Below are positions 9,115-19,184 of a DNA stretch of 64,000 nt, in pieces. Source of the stretch: an uncultured virus (IMG/VR IMGVR_UViG_3300040815_001293) (taxonomy: Duplodnaviria > Heunggongvirae > Uroviricota > Caudoviricetes). The stretch is taken from the IMG/VR virus record IMGVR_UViG_3300040815_001293; one strand, given 5' to 3'. A program made the position numbers and the translations under genes. The notes beneath the pieces are model-generated. The model was not told the DNA's origin and ran no database searches. It was given only the letters and a program-made list of their open reading frames with translations. How positions within the stretch are numbered: the stretch's first letter is position 1; every line of letters starts with the position of its first letter.

Positions 9115-11888
9115 TACGTTGTACCTTCATTTAATTCTATATCAAATTCAATTTCTTCTTGATTTTGATCATTTAAAAATTTATCAGCGGGAGTAACAAC
9201 TGTATTAACTTCTGCTGGTGTAACTACTGTACCAGGTTTAGGATTCCATTCTTGTCCTACTGCCTCAGGTCCATCTGTTGTGTTAACATCCATATTTTCT
9301 AATTGTCCTCTTTCAGTGGCTGTTGTGTAATTATTAGGTGTGTATTCATATGCACTAGCCTTTTTATACTCACCGCCTGAACCTGATGGACCGTCGTTTC
9401 CTGATGTTCCCCCTGTGCCAATTTTATTACCTTTAACATCAACTTTTTTCTTTGTCGCTGTTCTCAAAATAGCATCTTGGTATACGTTTGTTCTTTCAGT
9501 TGATGTTTTTTCTTTTTTATCAATAGTGTTAAGTGGTTGCTTACGTTCTCTTACACATTCTAAATTTTGTGTAAACTGTCCGTTACTAAAGTTACTTGTT
9601 ACTTTAATTACTTTGTATTCACCACTAATACTTGGTGTGTTAACACTAGTCTTTCCAGTTTCATCAACGTTAAAACCTTTCATAAGTCCTGTACTTGCAT
9701 CTAAGTCAGTTGGGTTTCTAAACTTAACATATATGTGCCATTCTTTATCTGTATTTAAACTTCCATCTGGCAAACGATAATCTAAATTATCTTGCACTAA
9801 TACACTTCTAAAATCTTTTGTTTGTATGTAACTCATATCACCTACAATACGCATATTCATTTGTAGTAAGTCAGCACCTTGGTCAAATACATTTTGCATA
9901 AAGTTATCAATAGTTACACTTTTATGACTTGCACTTGGATCATTAATATCGTTACTTGTTGCTGTTTGAGTTACAACATTCCTAACATAAGGTGTCCATT
10001 TTGCAATAGGATCATTTCCTGCTTTTGCAGTTTGACCTTCGTGTATTGCTTCGTTAAGTTTTGTTTGTGCTAATGGAGTTGCAAGAGATCCTGCTTTTTC
10101 CATTTGGTTATAAGTGTACGTTTGAAAATATGCCGCATTAAAGTCGATATCGAAACTTAAAATATCTTGGTTGTTTCCTGTAAAAAAGTAATCATAATAT
10201 TTTGAAATATATTCAACTGGTTTTTGACCTAAGTTTTCAAAGTCTTTGCCATGCATTTGATATTTTTTAATAACAAACGTAATAAATTTAGCATACTGAT
10301 TTCTAATTTTATCAAATGGGCCTAGTGTTATTCTAGGAACAATTCTATAAAAATCAATTGGTTTGTTGTCTACATCTTCGTAACCTTCGACACCAGAATC
10401 TTTTTGTTTTTTTAAGTCTGCACTAATTACTTGATCTGTCATATATTCTGATGAACGTAAGATACTATGTATTGTTTGAATAATACTAGTACCTGCTCTA
10501 ATACTATATGTTTTAGTTGTTTCGTCAAATATAAAGTTTTCAGTAAAACGTTGTTGTGCAACTTTACCTGGATCATTTGTATTTGCTGTTTTGGCTAAAT
10601 CAACTGCTTCTTGTGTTACAATTTTAGAATTTGCAATATCAGGATCTATTTCAAAAGAATAAATGTCTGGGATCGCTTTTAATTTTGCTTCTACATGGTC
10701 GTCTTCTAATTTATTTAAATATCCTACTAAACCTTTTTCTAATTGTTTCAATGGAACCATTGGTTGATTGGGTGGACCGTTTGGTCTCATGTCGCCATTG
10801 TCAATTCTTAATGCTACATTAAAAAAGTCATGTACTGTTTTTGCTTCAATTTGTATATCAACAGGAATAGTTGTTGCTGTTGATTGTACACCCATGCTGT
10901 TATATGGAACCGCAGTAACATCATAAGTTGTACCTTGTTCTGTAACTCCAAATTTAAAATCTGTAAATCTAATTGGAATATATCTTGTACGTTGTCCTAT
11001 AGAGTTTCTAGATCCTACTGGTTTACCGTAACTATCATAACCTGTTACAAAAACTTTTAACAAGTATGGCTGTTCAATATAATTGTATGATCCAAAATGA
11101 TTTGCCGCAAGTACAAGACTATTTAAAAGTGTCATACCATATGGTTCTGTAATTTTAAAACTTACTCCTGTATTAACTGCACCTTTGTTGGCACCTCCTG
11201 GACTAATAACACTATCAATTTCTAAATCGTCCATATAAAAATCATTCATGAAATATGGATTTCTTACACCGTAGTTACCACCGCCTGATTTTATTAATAA
11301 TCTTTGTGGACTTTTTTCTATTTGAAATTTAGGATTATTTACAAAGTTATTGTAATCGTCGTATGTTAAAATATATAACTCAAAGTTATAAGTGTACGAC
11401 GCCAATCCGTGTAATATGTTTTTCTTTTCATTTTCATTTAATAATGTTTGTGATAATACTGGTTTTGCTTGATTATTATTAATGCTCGTTGCTGTTGCTT
11501 TAATTGTAGAACCGATGTTACTTAACGCACCGCCTAAATTTTGTAAGCCTGCATCTTCTAAATTTTCTTTGAAAGAATTTATATCAATATTATTCGATTC
11601 TAAATTTATTCCTTGAACAGCCGCATTTATTGTCTTTGTAGTATCGTCAATAGGAAATACTGTATCACCTGCTACTATCTGTGGAAACTCTCCTAGTTTA
11701 GGAAGTCCGTCTCCAAGATTTAATTCGTTTGCTACTCCTGAGATTTCGTTCTGTACCCAATTTCTGGCATCTTCTAATTTTGCAATTCCACTCGATACGA
11801 TTTGATCACTATCACTAACAGTGATAGGTGTACCATCTTTGCTTCTTACCGGATCACCGAACTCATCATAGAGAGGAAAATCAGCCAT
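9114..11888 (-). CDS. Baseplate hub protein (gp27-like, probable)
   Basis: 924 aa, upstream of gp5. C-terminal SGEYKVIKVTSNFSNGQFTQNLECVR and I.GD motifs are typical of hub proteins. Confidence 0.6.
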   Translation of the reverse strand: MADFPLYDEFGDPVRSKDGTPITVSDSDQIVSSGIAKLEDARNWVQNEISGVANELNLGDGLPKLGEFPQIVAGDTVFPIDDTTKTINAAVQGINLESNNIDINSFKENLEDAGLQNLGGALSNIGSTIKATATSINNNQAKPVLSQTLLNENEKKNILHGLASYTYNFELYILTYDDYNNFVNNPKFQIEKSPQRLLIKSGGGNYGVRNPYFMNDFYMDDLEIDSVISPGGANKGAVNTGVSFKITEPYGMTLLNSLVLAANHFGSYNYIEQPYLLKVFVTGYDSYGKPVGSRNSIGQRTRYIPIRFTDFKFGVTEQGTTYDVTAVPYNSMGVQSTATTIPVDIQIEAKTVHDFFNVALRIDNGDMRPNGPPNQPMVPLKQLEKGLVGYLNKLEDDHVEAKLKAIPDIYSFEIDPDIANSKIVTQEAVDLAKTANTNDPGKVAQQRFTENFIFDETTKTYSIRAGTSIIQTIHSILRSSEYMTDQVISADLKKQKDSGVEGYEDVDNKPIDFYRIVPRITLGPFDKIRNQYAKFITFVIKKYQMHGKDFENLGQKPVEYISKYYDYFFTGNNQDILSFDIDFNAAYFQTYTYNQMEKAGSLATPLAQTKLNEAIHEGQTAKAGNDPIAKWTPYVRNVVTQTATSNDINDPSASHKSVTIDNFMQNVFDQGADLLQMNMRIVGDMSYIQTKDFRSVLVQDNLDYRLPDGSLNTDKEWHIYVKFRNPTDLDASTGLMKGFNVDETGKTSVNTPSISGEYKVIKVTSNFSNGQFTQNLECVRERKQPLNTIDKKEKTSTERTNVYQDAILRTATKKKVDVKGNKIGTGGTSGNDGPSGSGGEYKKASAYEYTPNNYTTATERGQLENMDVNTTDGPEAVGQEWNPKPGTVVTPAEVNTVVTPADKFLNDQNQEEIEFDIELNEGTT

Positions 11889-11889
11889 G

Positions 11890-12189
11890 TTATATTCCTA
11901 ATTCGTTGAACAATCTATCTTGCTTAGGCAAAAAAATTATAGTTCCTCTTTTCATATCCCAAATTGGATCTTTAATTTCGTTTGGATTTCTTGCCGCAAA
12001 GACCCACCACAATTTAGGATTGTCATATAAGTCATTTGCTAATAAGTCTGGTCTAAATTCGTATGTTGCATTTATAATTAACTTTTGATCTGATGGGTAA
12101 GCACTAATTACTCTACGTTCTATTACGTCTAAATAATTTCCAAACATCTCTGTTTCATAAAAAGGACTATCTGCATTATAATTTGCCAT
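11890..12189 (-). CDS. Baseplate wedge protein (gp53/LysM-like)
   Basis: RPDLLANDLYDNPKLWWVFAARN signature. Confidence 0.8.
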   Translation of the reverse strand: MANYNADSPFYETEMFGNYLDVIERRVISAYPSDQKLIINATYEFRPDLLANDLYDNPKLWWVFAARNPNEIKDPIWDMKRGTIIFLPKQDRLFNELGI

Positions 12190-13154
12190 TAAATGTGTCC
12201 TCCTGTAACATTATTAATTAATGCACCACTTGTTAATCGGTCTACACCAAATGACCTCATTTGTGCTCTGCTGTATACTGGAGTTAAACCAACGTTAATA
12301 TCTAAACTTTTTGGCATTCTAGTTGTTTGTGCTTTTCCGGCTTGGTCAATTCCGCCTGTTGGTATTGAAATATAGTCAACGTTATTAGGCATAGTAATAG
12401 AAACTGTGTTTACTACCACTGGAACATTTGGTAACAAATATTGACCATGTCCGCTTAATCTTAATACAGGTGGGGGATTACCTGCTAGAGCATCTGAATT
12501 ACTAAACATTTTAGTAACTGCTCTTAAAAATGTTATAACTGCAAGTACATATTGTGCATCTTGTCCGTTTTCACTTATAAATTCTCCAAACATTGAAATG
12601 TCACTCACATTACTTGCATTGTAATAATTTAAAGGATAATTACTATGTGTAGGACTACTACGACTATAATCTGCATTATGTTGGAATATAAGTTGTGGTG
12701 TATATGGAAAGATTATACCATTAGTTTCAACTAGTGGTCTTAACAAATAAGGAACATTGGCTTTTTGGTAGTGAATATTAGCACCTTGAGGTAGAGACAA
12801 TCTTACTCTATGATCATCTTTGCTTTTACCAACTGCAGAACTTGAAGCCGCAATTTCAGCCAATTTATCATTAGGATTAGCACCTTTGTCAATGCCAGCA
12901 CCTTTTAATCTAGCAGTTACAGGATCACCGTTGAATGCATCGGATAATGCTCCTTTGGCGTTGGATAACATACCTGTAAAGTCATTACTAAATTGGTCAA
13001 TACCATCAGAAAATGCTTTACTGGCTCCACCTATACTAAAAGCGCCTGTTTGGGCGGCTTTAGTGGTGTTTGTTGCTTTAGCCGTATTAAAGCCTGGGTT
13101 ACCTGTTAATTGGATACCTGGCTTGTTCGGATCTTGGTCTGTAAATGTTGCCAT
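12189..13154 (-). CDS. Baseplate/tail-tube junction protein (gp48/gp54-like)
   Basis: FPYTP, GNPPPVLRLSG.G and P...DINVGLTP motifs; first gene of the baseplate operon. Confidence 0.6.
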   Translation of the reverse strand: MATFTDQDPNKPGIQLTGNPGFNTAKATNTTKAAQTGAFSIGGASKAFSDGIDQFSNDFTGMLSNAKGALSDAFNGDPVTARLKGAGIDKGANPNDKLAEIAASSSAVGKSKDDHRVRLSLPQGANIHYQKANVPYLLRPLVETNGIIFPYTPQLIFQHNADYSRSSPTHSNYPLNYYNASNVSDISMFGEFISENGQDAQYVLAVITFLRAVTKMFSNSDALAGNPPPVLRLSGHGQYLLPNVPVVVNTVSITMPNNVDYISIPTGGIDQAGKAQTTRMPKSLDINVGLTPVYSRAQMRSFGVDRLTSGALINNVTGGHI

Positions 13155-13174
13155 AATAAATTTAATCTTTCCTC

Positions 13175-13203
13175 TTGATATTAGTATTTATCGAGTGTAT
13201 AAT
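13175..13203 (+). promoter_or_regulatory. Sigma70-type promoter for gp55
   Basis: TTGATA (13175-13180), 17-nt spacer, TATAAT (13198-13203). Confidence 0.75.
13185..13190 (-). promoter_or_regulatory. Late promoter core (TAAATA) for the baseplate operon
   Basis: Minus strand reads GATAAATACTA about 30 nt upstream of ATG 13154. The same core precedes many structural genes here. Confidence 0.6.
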
Positions 13204-13234
13204 ATGAGTATATAATTTAAGGAATGAAAAAACT

Positions 13235-14071
13235 ATGGCAGTAAGAAATTACCTCAATAACAGAGATTTATTAATAGAAATTCACAAGTCTAAAACATCT
13301 TTTGGATCGTTTTTAGATGAAGAATCTAAGATTTTTGATATTATTTTAAACTCAACAAAAGAAATTAAAAAAAGTACAATCGATCAAGCTCGTAGAAACA
13401 GAGCTGATAGAATACAAAAAAACGGATATAAAGAGAATACTATAAAAGGAAAGAAGATGGCAGACTTTGCCGTTGATCCTAAGTCATTTAAAAAGCAAGA
13501 ATTAATTTTTAGAATAATGACATATGAACATATTCCTTTAGATGATGAAAGAAAAAAGAATCCTAAAACAGTTGCAGATCATCACGTTAAATTAAACTTT
13601 CCCTCATATCAACATTGGCGTTTTAATGAAGAAAACGTTTTAATATGTTGTGGTAAGTCACATTGGACAGGCGGTATGGATAACGGATACTTTACTTTAG
13701 ATGAAGGCAAAGTAACACAGAAGTTAGCACATATGTACATGATGCTTTGTGAACGTTACAGTCACAGATACAACTGGAGAGGATATACTTATGTCGATGA
13801 AATGCGAGGACAAGCATTATTACAATTGGCACAAATTGGTTTACAATTTGACGAAAGTAAATCAGATAATCCTTTTGCATATTACACAGCGGCAATCACA
13901 AATAGTTTTACTAGGGTATTAAACATTGAAAAACGTAATCAAAATATTAGAGATGACATTTTAGAAATGAACGATTTAGCACCCAGTTTTACTAGACAAC
14001 ACGCCAATGATAGTGCGGCTGAACAAAAAAGAGTTGACGCATTTAATCAAAAAACAAAGAAAAAGGCATAA
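13235..14071 (+). CDS. gp55: Late-transcription sigma factor (T4 gp55-like)
   Basis: NYLNNRDLL N-terminus; NWRGYTYVDEM...FDESKSDNPFAYYT...NSF.R.LNIEK; upstream of gp47/gp46 as in T4-like phages. Confidence 0.9.
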   Translation: MAVRNYLNNRDLLIEIHKSKTSFGSFLDEESKIFDIILNSTKEIKKSTIDQARRNRADRIQKNGYKENTIKGKKMADFAVDPKSFKKQELIFRIMTYEHIPLDDERKKNPKTVADHHVKLNFPSYQHWRFNEENVLICCGKSHWTGGMDNGYFTLDEGKVTQKLAHMYMMLCERYSHRYNWRGYTYVDEMRGQALLQLAQIGLQFDESKSDNPFAYYTAAITNSFTRVLNIEKRNQNIRDDILEMNDLAPSFTRQHANDSAAEQKRVDAFNQKTKKKA

Positions 14072-14077
14072 ATCCGG

Positions 14078-14106
14078 TTGACTTTGGATATATTTTACAG
14101 TATTAT
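14078..14106 (+). promoter_or_regulatory. Sigma70-type promoter for the gp47-gp46 operon
   Basis: TTGACT (14078-14083), 17-nt spacer, TATTAT (14101-14106). Confidence 0.7.
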
Positions 14107-14138
14107 AGTAAGTGTATGTAATTTAATCTAGGAAGAGC

Positions 14139-15152
14139 ATGAGCAATTTATTTAAAAAAGCCATTGCCTTTACTGATATCCACTTTGGAAATAAGTCCAA
14201 TAGTTTAGCACATAATGAAGATTGTGTTGAATTTGTAAAGTGGGTAATCAAACAAGGTAAAGAAAAGAACTGCGAGACCTGTATGTTCTTAGGTGATTGG
14301 CATCACCAACGAGCTAGTATTAATGTTGCAACACTAAATCACAGTGTAGAAGCATTAACTTTACTCAGTAAAAACTTTGACCAAGTTATTTTTATTCCTG
14401 GTAACCACGACGAATACTATAGAGACAAAAGAGATTTCAATAGTATCACTTGGGCCAGACATATTCCAAACGTAAGACTTTTTAATGAGATCACTACAGA
14501 AGGTGATGTCGCAATAGTTCCATGGCTAGTAGGTGACGAATATAAGTCACTTAAAAAAATTGAAGCAAAATATATGTTAGGACACTTTGAACTTCCTAAC
14601 TTTTATATGAATGCAATGGTACAAATGCCAGACCATGGAGAAATTAAACATTCGGACTTCAGAGGTGTTGAACGAATGTTTACAGGTCACTTCCACAAGC
14701 GTCAAGAAGTAGGTAATATTACATACATCGGAAATGCTTTCCCACACAACTACAGTGACGCTTGGGATGATGATCGCGGAGCAATGATATTAGAATGGGG
14801 CGAACCGCACTATTATATTAAATGGGACGATGCACCTAAATACAAAGTATTAAAATTAAGTCAATTACTTGATAAGCCAGCAGAATTACTACTACCTAAA
14901 ACATATTGTAGAGTAAACTTGGATATTAATATTAGTTATGAAGAAGCAAACTTCATTAAAGAAACATTCTACGAACAATACAATGTAAGAGAAATTGCAC
15001 TTATTCCACAAAAAGAAGTTGATACAAACTTTGATGAATCGGCAGAGATTAATTTTGAAAGTGTCGACAGCATTGTTATGAGTCAATTAAAATCTGTAGA
15101 TTCAGAGTTATATGATCCTAAACTATTAATGGAAATATATAGGAACCTTTAA
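14139..15152 (+). CDS. gp47: Recombination endonuclease subunit (gp47; Mre11/SbcD metallophosphoesterase)
   Basis: DIHFG, LGDWHH, GNHD and GHFH motifs. Confidence 0.93.
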   Translation: MSNLFKKAIAFTDIHFGNKSNSLAHNEDCVEFVKWVIKQGKEKNCETCMFLGDWHHQRASINVATLNHSVEALTLLSKNFDQVIFIPGNHDEYYRDKRDFNSITWARHIPNVRLFNEITTEGDVAIVPWLVGDEYKSLKKIEAKYMLGHFELPNFYMNAMVQMPDHGEIKHSDFRGVERMFTGHFHKRQEVGNITYIGNAFPHNYSDAWDDDRGAMILEWGEPHYYIKWDDAPKYKVLKLSQLLDKPAELLLPKTYCRVNLDINISYEEANFIKETFYEQYNVREIALIPQKEVDTNFDESAEINFESVDSIVMSQLKSVDSELYDPKLLMEIYRNL

Positions 15153-15155
15153 TTA

Positions 15156-16925
15156 ATGTTTAAACTAAACAACTTAACTGTTAAGAATTTCATGAGTGTG
15201 GGTAACAGTACCCAAGCACTCGACTTTAACAGAAATGATTTAACACTTGTACTAGGAGAGAACTTGGACACCGGAGGAGGTGACCATGGTGCTAGGAATG
15301 GTACAGGTAAGACTACTATTATTAATGCGTTAAGTTTTGCATTATACGGAAATGCTTTAACAAATATTCGTAAAGATAATTTAGTAAACAAAACCAACGG
15401 CAAAAATATGTTGGTTACTTGTGGATTTGAATATGGTGGAAAACAATATCGAGTAGAACGTGGCAGAAAGCCTAACGTACTAAAATTTTATGTAGATGGA
15501 CAAGAACAAGAAGCATCAGATTCAGCACAAGGTGATAGTAGAGAAACACAAAAAGAAATAGAGATATTGTTGGGTATGAGCCATGAAATGTTTAAACACA
15601 TTGTGGCACTGAATACATATACACAACCTTTCTTAAGTTTAAAACACAATGAACAAAGAGTTATTATCGAACAGTTGTTAGGTATAACATTATTAAGTGA
15701 AAAATCTGATCAACTAAAAGAACAGTTGCGTATTAATAAAGATTTAATTACACAAGAAGAATATAAAATTAAAGCAATCGGTGATGCTAATGAAAAAATT
15801 AGAGAACAGATTGATGCTCTTAAACGTAGAAGTAAGATGTGGTCAGATAAAAAGGTACAAGAATCTGGTCAATTACAAAAAGCATTAGATGATTTAACTC
15901 ATGTTGATATCGATAACGAAATACAATCACACAAATTGCTAACAGAATATGTTGAAAAAGCAAGACAGTTTACAGATTTACAAGATCAACTTGCAAGACT
16001 TGTTAATGAATCAGATAGATATATTAAGAATCAAGCAAAATTAGAAAAAGAAGTTGAATCTTTAGAAGAGCATAAATGTTATGCTTGTGGACAAGAATTA
16101 CATGATAATAAACATGAAGAAATACTTAAAGATAAAAAAGAATTATTAACTGAAGCAGTTTCTTTTATAGAAAACAGTAAAAAATCTGAAGAAGAACTGA
16201 CATCTCAACTAGCAAGTATGGGAGATTTAGGCACAAAACCTGTTGTATTTTATGACAAAATTGAAGATGCGTACAACCACAGGTCTAGTTTAGAGCAGTT
16301 AAAAAGTGAATTAACCAGCCTTCAAGCACAGGAAGATCCATATCTAGAACAGATTCAAGAAATGGAAGAACATGGAATTGAAGAGGTTAAGTACGATACA
16401 GTAAACGAATTAACTAGAGTTAAGGATCATCAAGACTTCTTGTTGAAACTTTTAACTAGTAAAGATTCGTTTATTCGTAAACGTATTATAGACCAAAATC
16501 TAGCATTCCTTAACAAGCGTCTTGCTTATTATTTGGAACGTATCGGATTACCACATAGTGTTGTATTCCAAAATGATCTTACTGTAATAATTACGGAACT
16601 AGGACGGGAGTTAGATTTTGATAACCTAAGCAGAGGGGAACGTAACAGACTTATACTTTCTTTAAGTTGGGCGTTTAGAGATGTTTGGGAAAACTTATAC
16701 CAGCCCATTAACTTATTGTTCATTGATGAACTTGTTGACTCTGGTATGGATAGCTCAGGTGTAGAAAATAGTCTGGCTATACTTAAAAAAATCAGTAGAG
16801 AACGTAAGAAGTCTGTTTGGCTTGTGTCACACAGAGACGAACTCGCTGGTCGGGTTAATAACATTTTATCCGTTATTAAAGAAAATGGATTTACTAGTTA
16901 TAATACCGACATTGACGTTGTATAG
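15156..16925 (+). CDS. gp46: Recombination ATPase subunit (gp46; Rad50/SbcC)
   Basis: Walker A NGTGKT, zinc hook CYAC, signature LSRGE, Walker B LLFIDE. Confidence 0.95.
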   Translation: MFKLNNLTVKNFMSVGNSTQALDFNRNDLTLVLGENLDTGGGDHGARNGTGKTTIINALSFALYGNALTNIRKDNLVNKTNGKNMLVTCGFEYGGKQYRVERGRKPNVLKFYVDGQEQEASDSAQGDSRETQKEIEILLGMSHEMFKHIVALNTYTQPFLSLKHNEQRVIIEQLLGITLLSEKSDQLKEQLRINKDLITQEEYKIKAIGDANEKIREQIDALKRRSKMWSDKKVQESGQLQKALDDLTHVDIDNEIQSHKLLTEYVEKARQFTDLQDQLARLVNESDRYIKNQAKLEKEVESLEEHKCYACGQELHDNKHEEILKDKKELLTEAVSFIENSKKSEEELTSQLASMGDLGTKPVVFYDKIEDAYNHRSSLEQLKSELTSLQAQEDPYLEQIQEMEEHGIEEVKYDTVNELTRVKDHQDFLLKLLTSKDSFIRKRIIDQNLAFLNKRLAYYLERIGLPHSVVFQNDLTVIITELGRELDFDNLSRGERNRLILSLSWAFRDVWENLYQPINLLFIDELVDSGMDSSGVENSLAILKKISRERKKSVWLVSHRDELAGRVNNILSVIKENGFTSYNTDIDVV

Positions 16926-16936
16926 GAGAAAATAAA

Positions 16937-17113
16937 ATGGCAATACATGACGACATCGTAGCACACTACGACAATTATCTTAAAGAAAACGAAGCATTTG
17001 AAACTAAAGGTGTAAAAGCCGCGGCGGCAAGAGCTCGTAAGGCTTTAGGAGAAATGGGCAAACTTGCAAAAGCAAGACGTGCCGAGATCCAAGAGAAAAA
17101 GAATAGTATGTAA
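16937..17113 (+). CDS. Small basic histone H1-like (Hc1-like) DNA-binding protein, 58 aa
   Basis: Below the ORF-track cutoff. AGGAG RBS. Reads MAIHDDIVAHYDNYLKENEAFETKGVKAAAARARKALGEMGKLAKARRAEIQEKKNSM; the KG.KAA..RARK motif matches Hc1-like proteins as I recall them. Confidence 0.75.
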   Translation: MAIHDDIVAHYDNYLKENEAFETKGVKAAAARARKALGEMGKLAKARRAEIQEKKNSM

Positions 17114-18469
17114 ATGATTTCTATTACAAGATTATCTAATAATTTTGAAATAGTTGATCTCATTACTGATACCCAGTTAAACAAAACAAAGTTAATGCGT
17201 TTTGCTTCTGGGTATCAACAACTTTTCCTTAAACATAATCTAAAAAAAGGTGACAGAATTGGACTTGCTTTGCAAGAAGACTTCCATCATCTTGCCTGTG
17301 TCTTCGCGGCAATTGATTATGGACTTATAATTGTTATAAGTGGCGAACATGAAATAACAAATGAATATATTTCTAGAAGACAAATAAAAGCATTTATATC
17401 ACGGGGTGTACAACCTTGTACAGTTCATGCAACTAATGTTAATCATATCGAGTTAATAGAAGATGTTACTGAATCAGATGAAGATTACATTATTGATCAT
17501 TCTGATATTTTAGTAGAAGCATTAACAAGTGGTAGTACTGGAAAACCTAAGTGTATTCAACATACACATTTTAGTGTAGAAAGTGCAACAGAAAATAGCA
17601 TAAAACATTATTGGAAAGAAGCAGACACTAGTTGGTTTTTTCACAACATTGTACATTTAGGTGTAAGCAGTGTTTACTTTTTTCCTGCATTGTTTTCTAG
17701 TAAAAGAATTATTTTACCTCCGTTAGATAATCCATATGATGAAGTATTACTGTCTAAGTATAAACCAGACATAATGTTAGTATTTCCATCACATTACCAA
17801 CAGTATTCTAGACAAGGAATACATTTAAGAGATTTAAGTCACGTTAAGTGGGTACTAACAGGCGGAAGTGTAATAGACAATTCTTTTATTAGACGCATGA
17901 TAAAAAATCAAGGCGTAGAAAAAGTTGCAGTAATATACGGACTTACTGAATGTTTACCACCTTTAATACATAAAGTCGTTGACAAAGAAAATTTAGACTC
18001 GTATAATGTTAAAGAGATGGGTTACATCATCGACAGTACAGGAACATACGATATTAACAAAGATGAAATACTTACAATTAAAGGTAGTAATCATTTATGT
18101 AAAAGTATAAACGACAAACCTGTAGATACATTTATTACTCAAGATGTTGTAAGTGCAGGTAGTGATTCATTTTTCTTTGAAAAACGTAATAGCGATTTAA
18201 TAAGAATAAATGATACATTAATAAATCCACAACAACTAGTACCAAATTGGTTAGATGGTTATTGTTGTGTCTTTAGTACTTCACAGACACACGTTGTAGT
18301 GGTTATGCATCACAAAAATGTAAAAATAAAAGAGTTGATTCAGAAACTAACTGATAACGGAATCAACCATGATAAATTAATTACGCCGATAAAACTTAAT
18401 GTTCTCGGCAAACCAGATATCAATAAATTAAAGGGAATCTATGATAGGGCAAATAAGGGCACATCTTAA
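17114..18469 (+). CDS. ANL-superfamily adenylate-forming enzyme (acyl-CoA synthetase / AMP-binding)
   Basis: P-loop TSGSTGKPK, TGGS, YGLTE, TQD and C-terminal GKPD (catalytic Lys) motifs. Confidence 0.85.
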   Translation: MISITRLSNNFEIVDLITDTQLNKTKLMRFASGYQQLFLKHNLKKGDRIGLALQEDFHHLACVFAAIDYGLIIVISGEHEITNEYISRRQIKAFISRGVQPCTVHATNVNHIELIEDVTESDEDYIIDHSDILVEALTSGSTGKPKCIQHTHFSVESATENSIKHYWKEADTSWFFHNIVHLGVSSVYFFPALFSSKRIILPPLDNPYDEVLLSKYKPDIMLVFPSHYQQYSRQGIHLRDLSHVKWVLTGGSVIDNSFIRRMIKNQGVEKVAVIYGLTECLPPLIHKVVDKENLDSYNVKEMGYIIDSTGTYDINKDEILTIKGSNHLCKSINDKPVDTFITQDVVSAGSDSFFFEKRNSDLIRINDTLINPQQLVPNWLDGYCCVFSTSQTHVVVVMHHKNVKIKELIQKLTDNGINHDKLITPIKLNVLGKPDINKLKGIYDRANKGTS

Positions 18470-18683
18470 AGAAGCCGGCAAATCGTATTTCGCACATACA
18501 AAATTTGCAATCGTGGCTGGCTTAGACTTGATACTAACCGGTATCATCAGCATCATACACGGCATTGTTCCAACTCTGTTTCCTTTTTATGCAGAGAAAA
18601 AGATTGACGAATACCACCAGAAGGTGTTATTGTTAAACAAACATAGGAAGAAGAATGCCAAGCAAACAAAAAGCAAAAGGTAG
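18441..18683 (+). CDS. Small hydrophobic protein, DUF6356-like
   Basis: HLKEAGKSYFAH..FA...G......IIHGIVP.LF pattern, recalled from memory. Confidence 0.55.
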   Translation: MIGQIRAHLKEAGKSYFAHTKFAIVAGLDLILTGIISIIHGIVPTLFPFYAEKKIDEYHQKVLLLNKHRKKNAKQTKSKR

Positions 18684-19164
18684 TAATTGGGAAAGAGACG
18701 TTGCACGTTTCTTATCTGATCTATATCAGGAATCTTTTATTAGAGCCCCTGGTTCAGGAGCCTATGTAGGCGGAACTAATACTGTCCGTAAAGAAGTATT
18801 ACATGAAGGTCAAATACGTGGATTCAAAGGGGACATTGTTCCTGGACAATCATTTCCAAAATTTAATGCAGAATGCAAATCGTATAAAGACTTTCCATTT
18901 CATCAACTGTTAACTTCAGACAAAGTTCGTATGCTGGAAGACTGGCTGGACCAATTAATGGATGCGGCAGATGATGGTGACTTCAATATTTTAATAATGA
19001 AGTTTAACAACAAAGGCAAATTTGTAGCAACCCCCTCAACACATCAACTTAAAACAACACGACAATTCACATATCATTCCCCAAAGCACAACACATGGCT
19101 CATTACAGGCTTCGACGAATTTTGGCAAAGAAACGCAGACAGAGTTAAGACTCTGTGTGCATAG
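18655..19164 (+). CDS. Holliday junction resolvase-like PD-(D/E)XK nuclease
   Basis: SKQKAKGSNWERDVA N-terminus; GDI...ECK catalytic motif. Confidence 0.8.
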   Translation: MPSKQKAKGSNWERDVARFLSDLYQESFIRAPGSGAYVGGTNTVRKEVLHEGQIRGFKGDIVPGQSFPKFNAECKSYKDFPFHQLLTSDKVRMLEDWLDQLMDAADDGDFNILIMKFNNKGKFVATPSTHQLKTTRQFTYHSPKHNTWLITGFDEFWQRNADRVKTLCA

Positions 19165-19184
19165 GCAAATCATTTAGCACATAA

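Noticed and set aside
16975..17184. Minus-strand 69-aa ORF
   Set aside because: It is the antisense of the + strand Hc1-like gene (16937-17113), which has the RBS and fits the operon.
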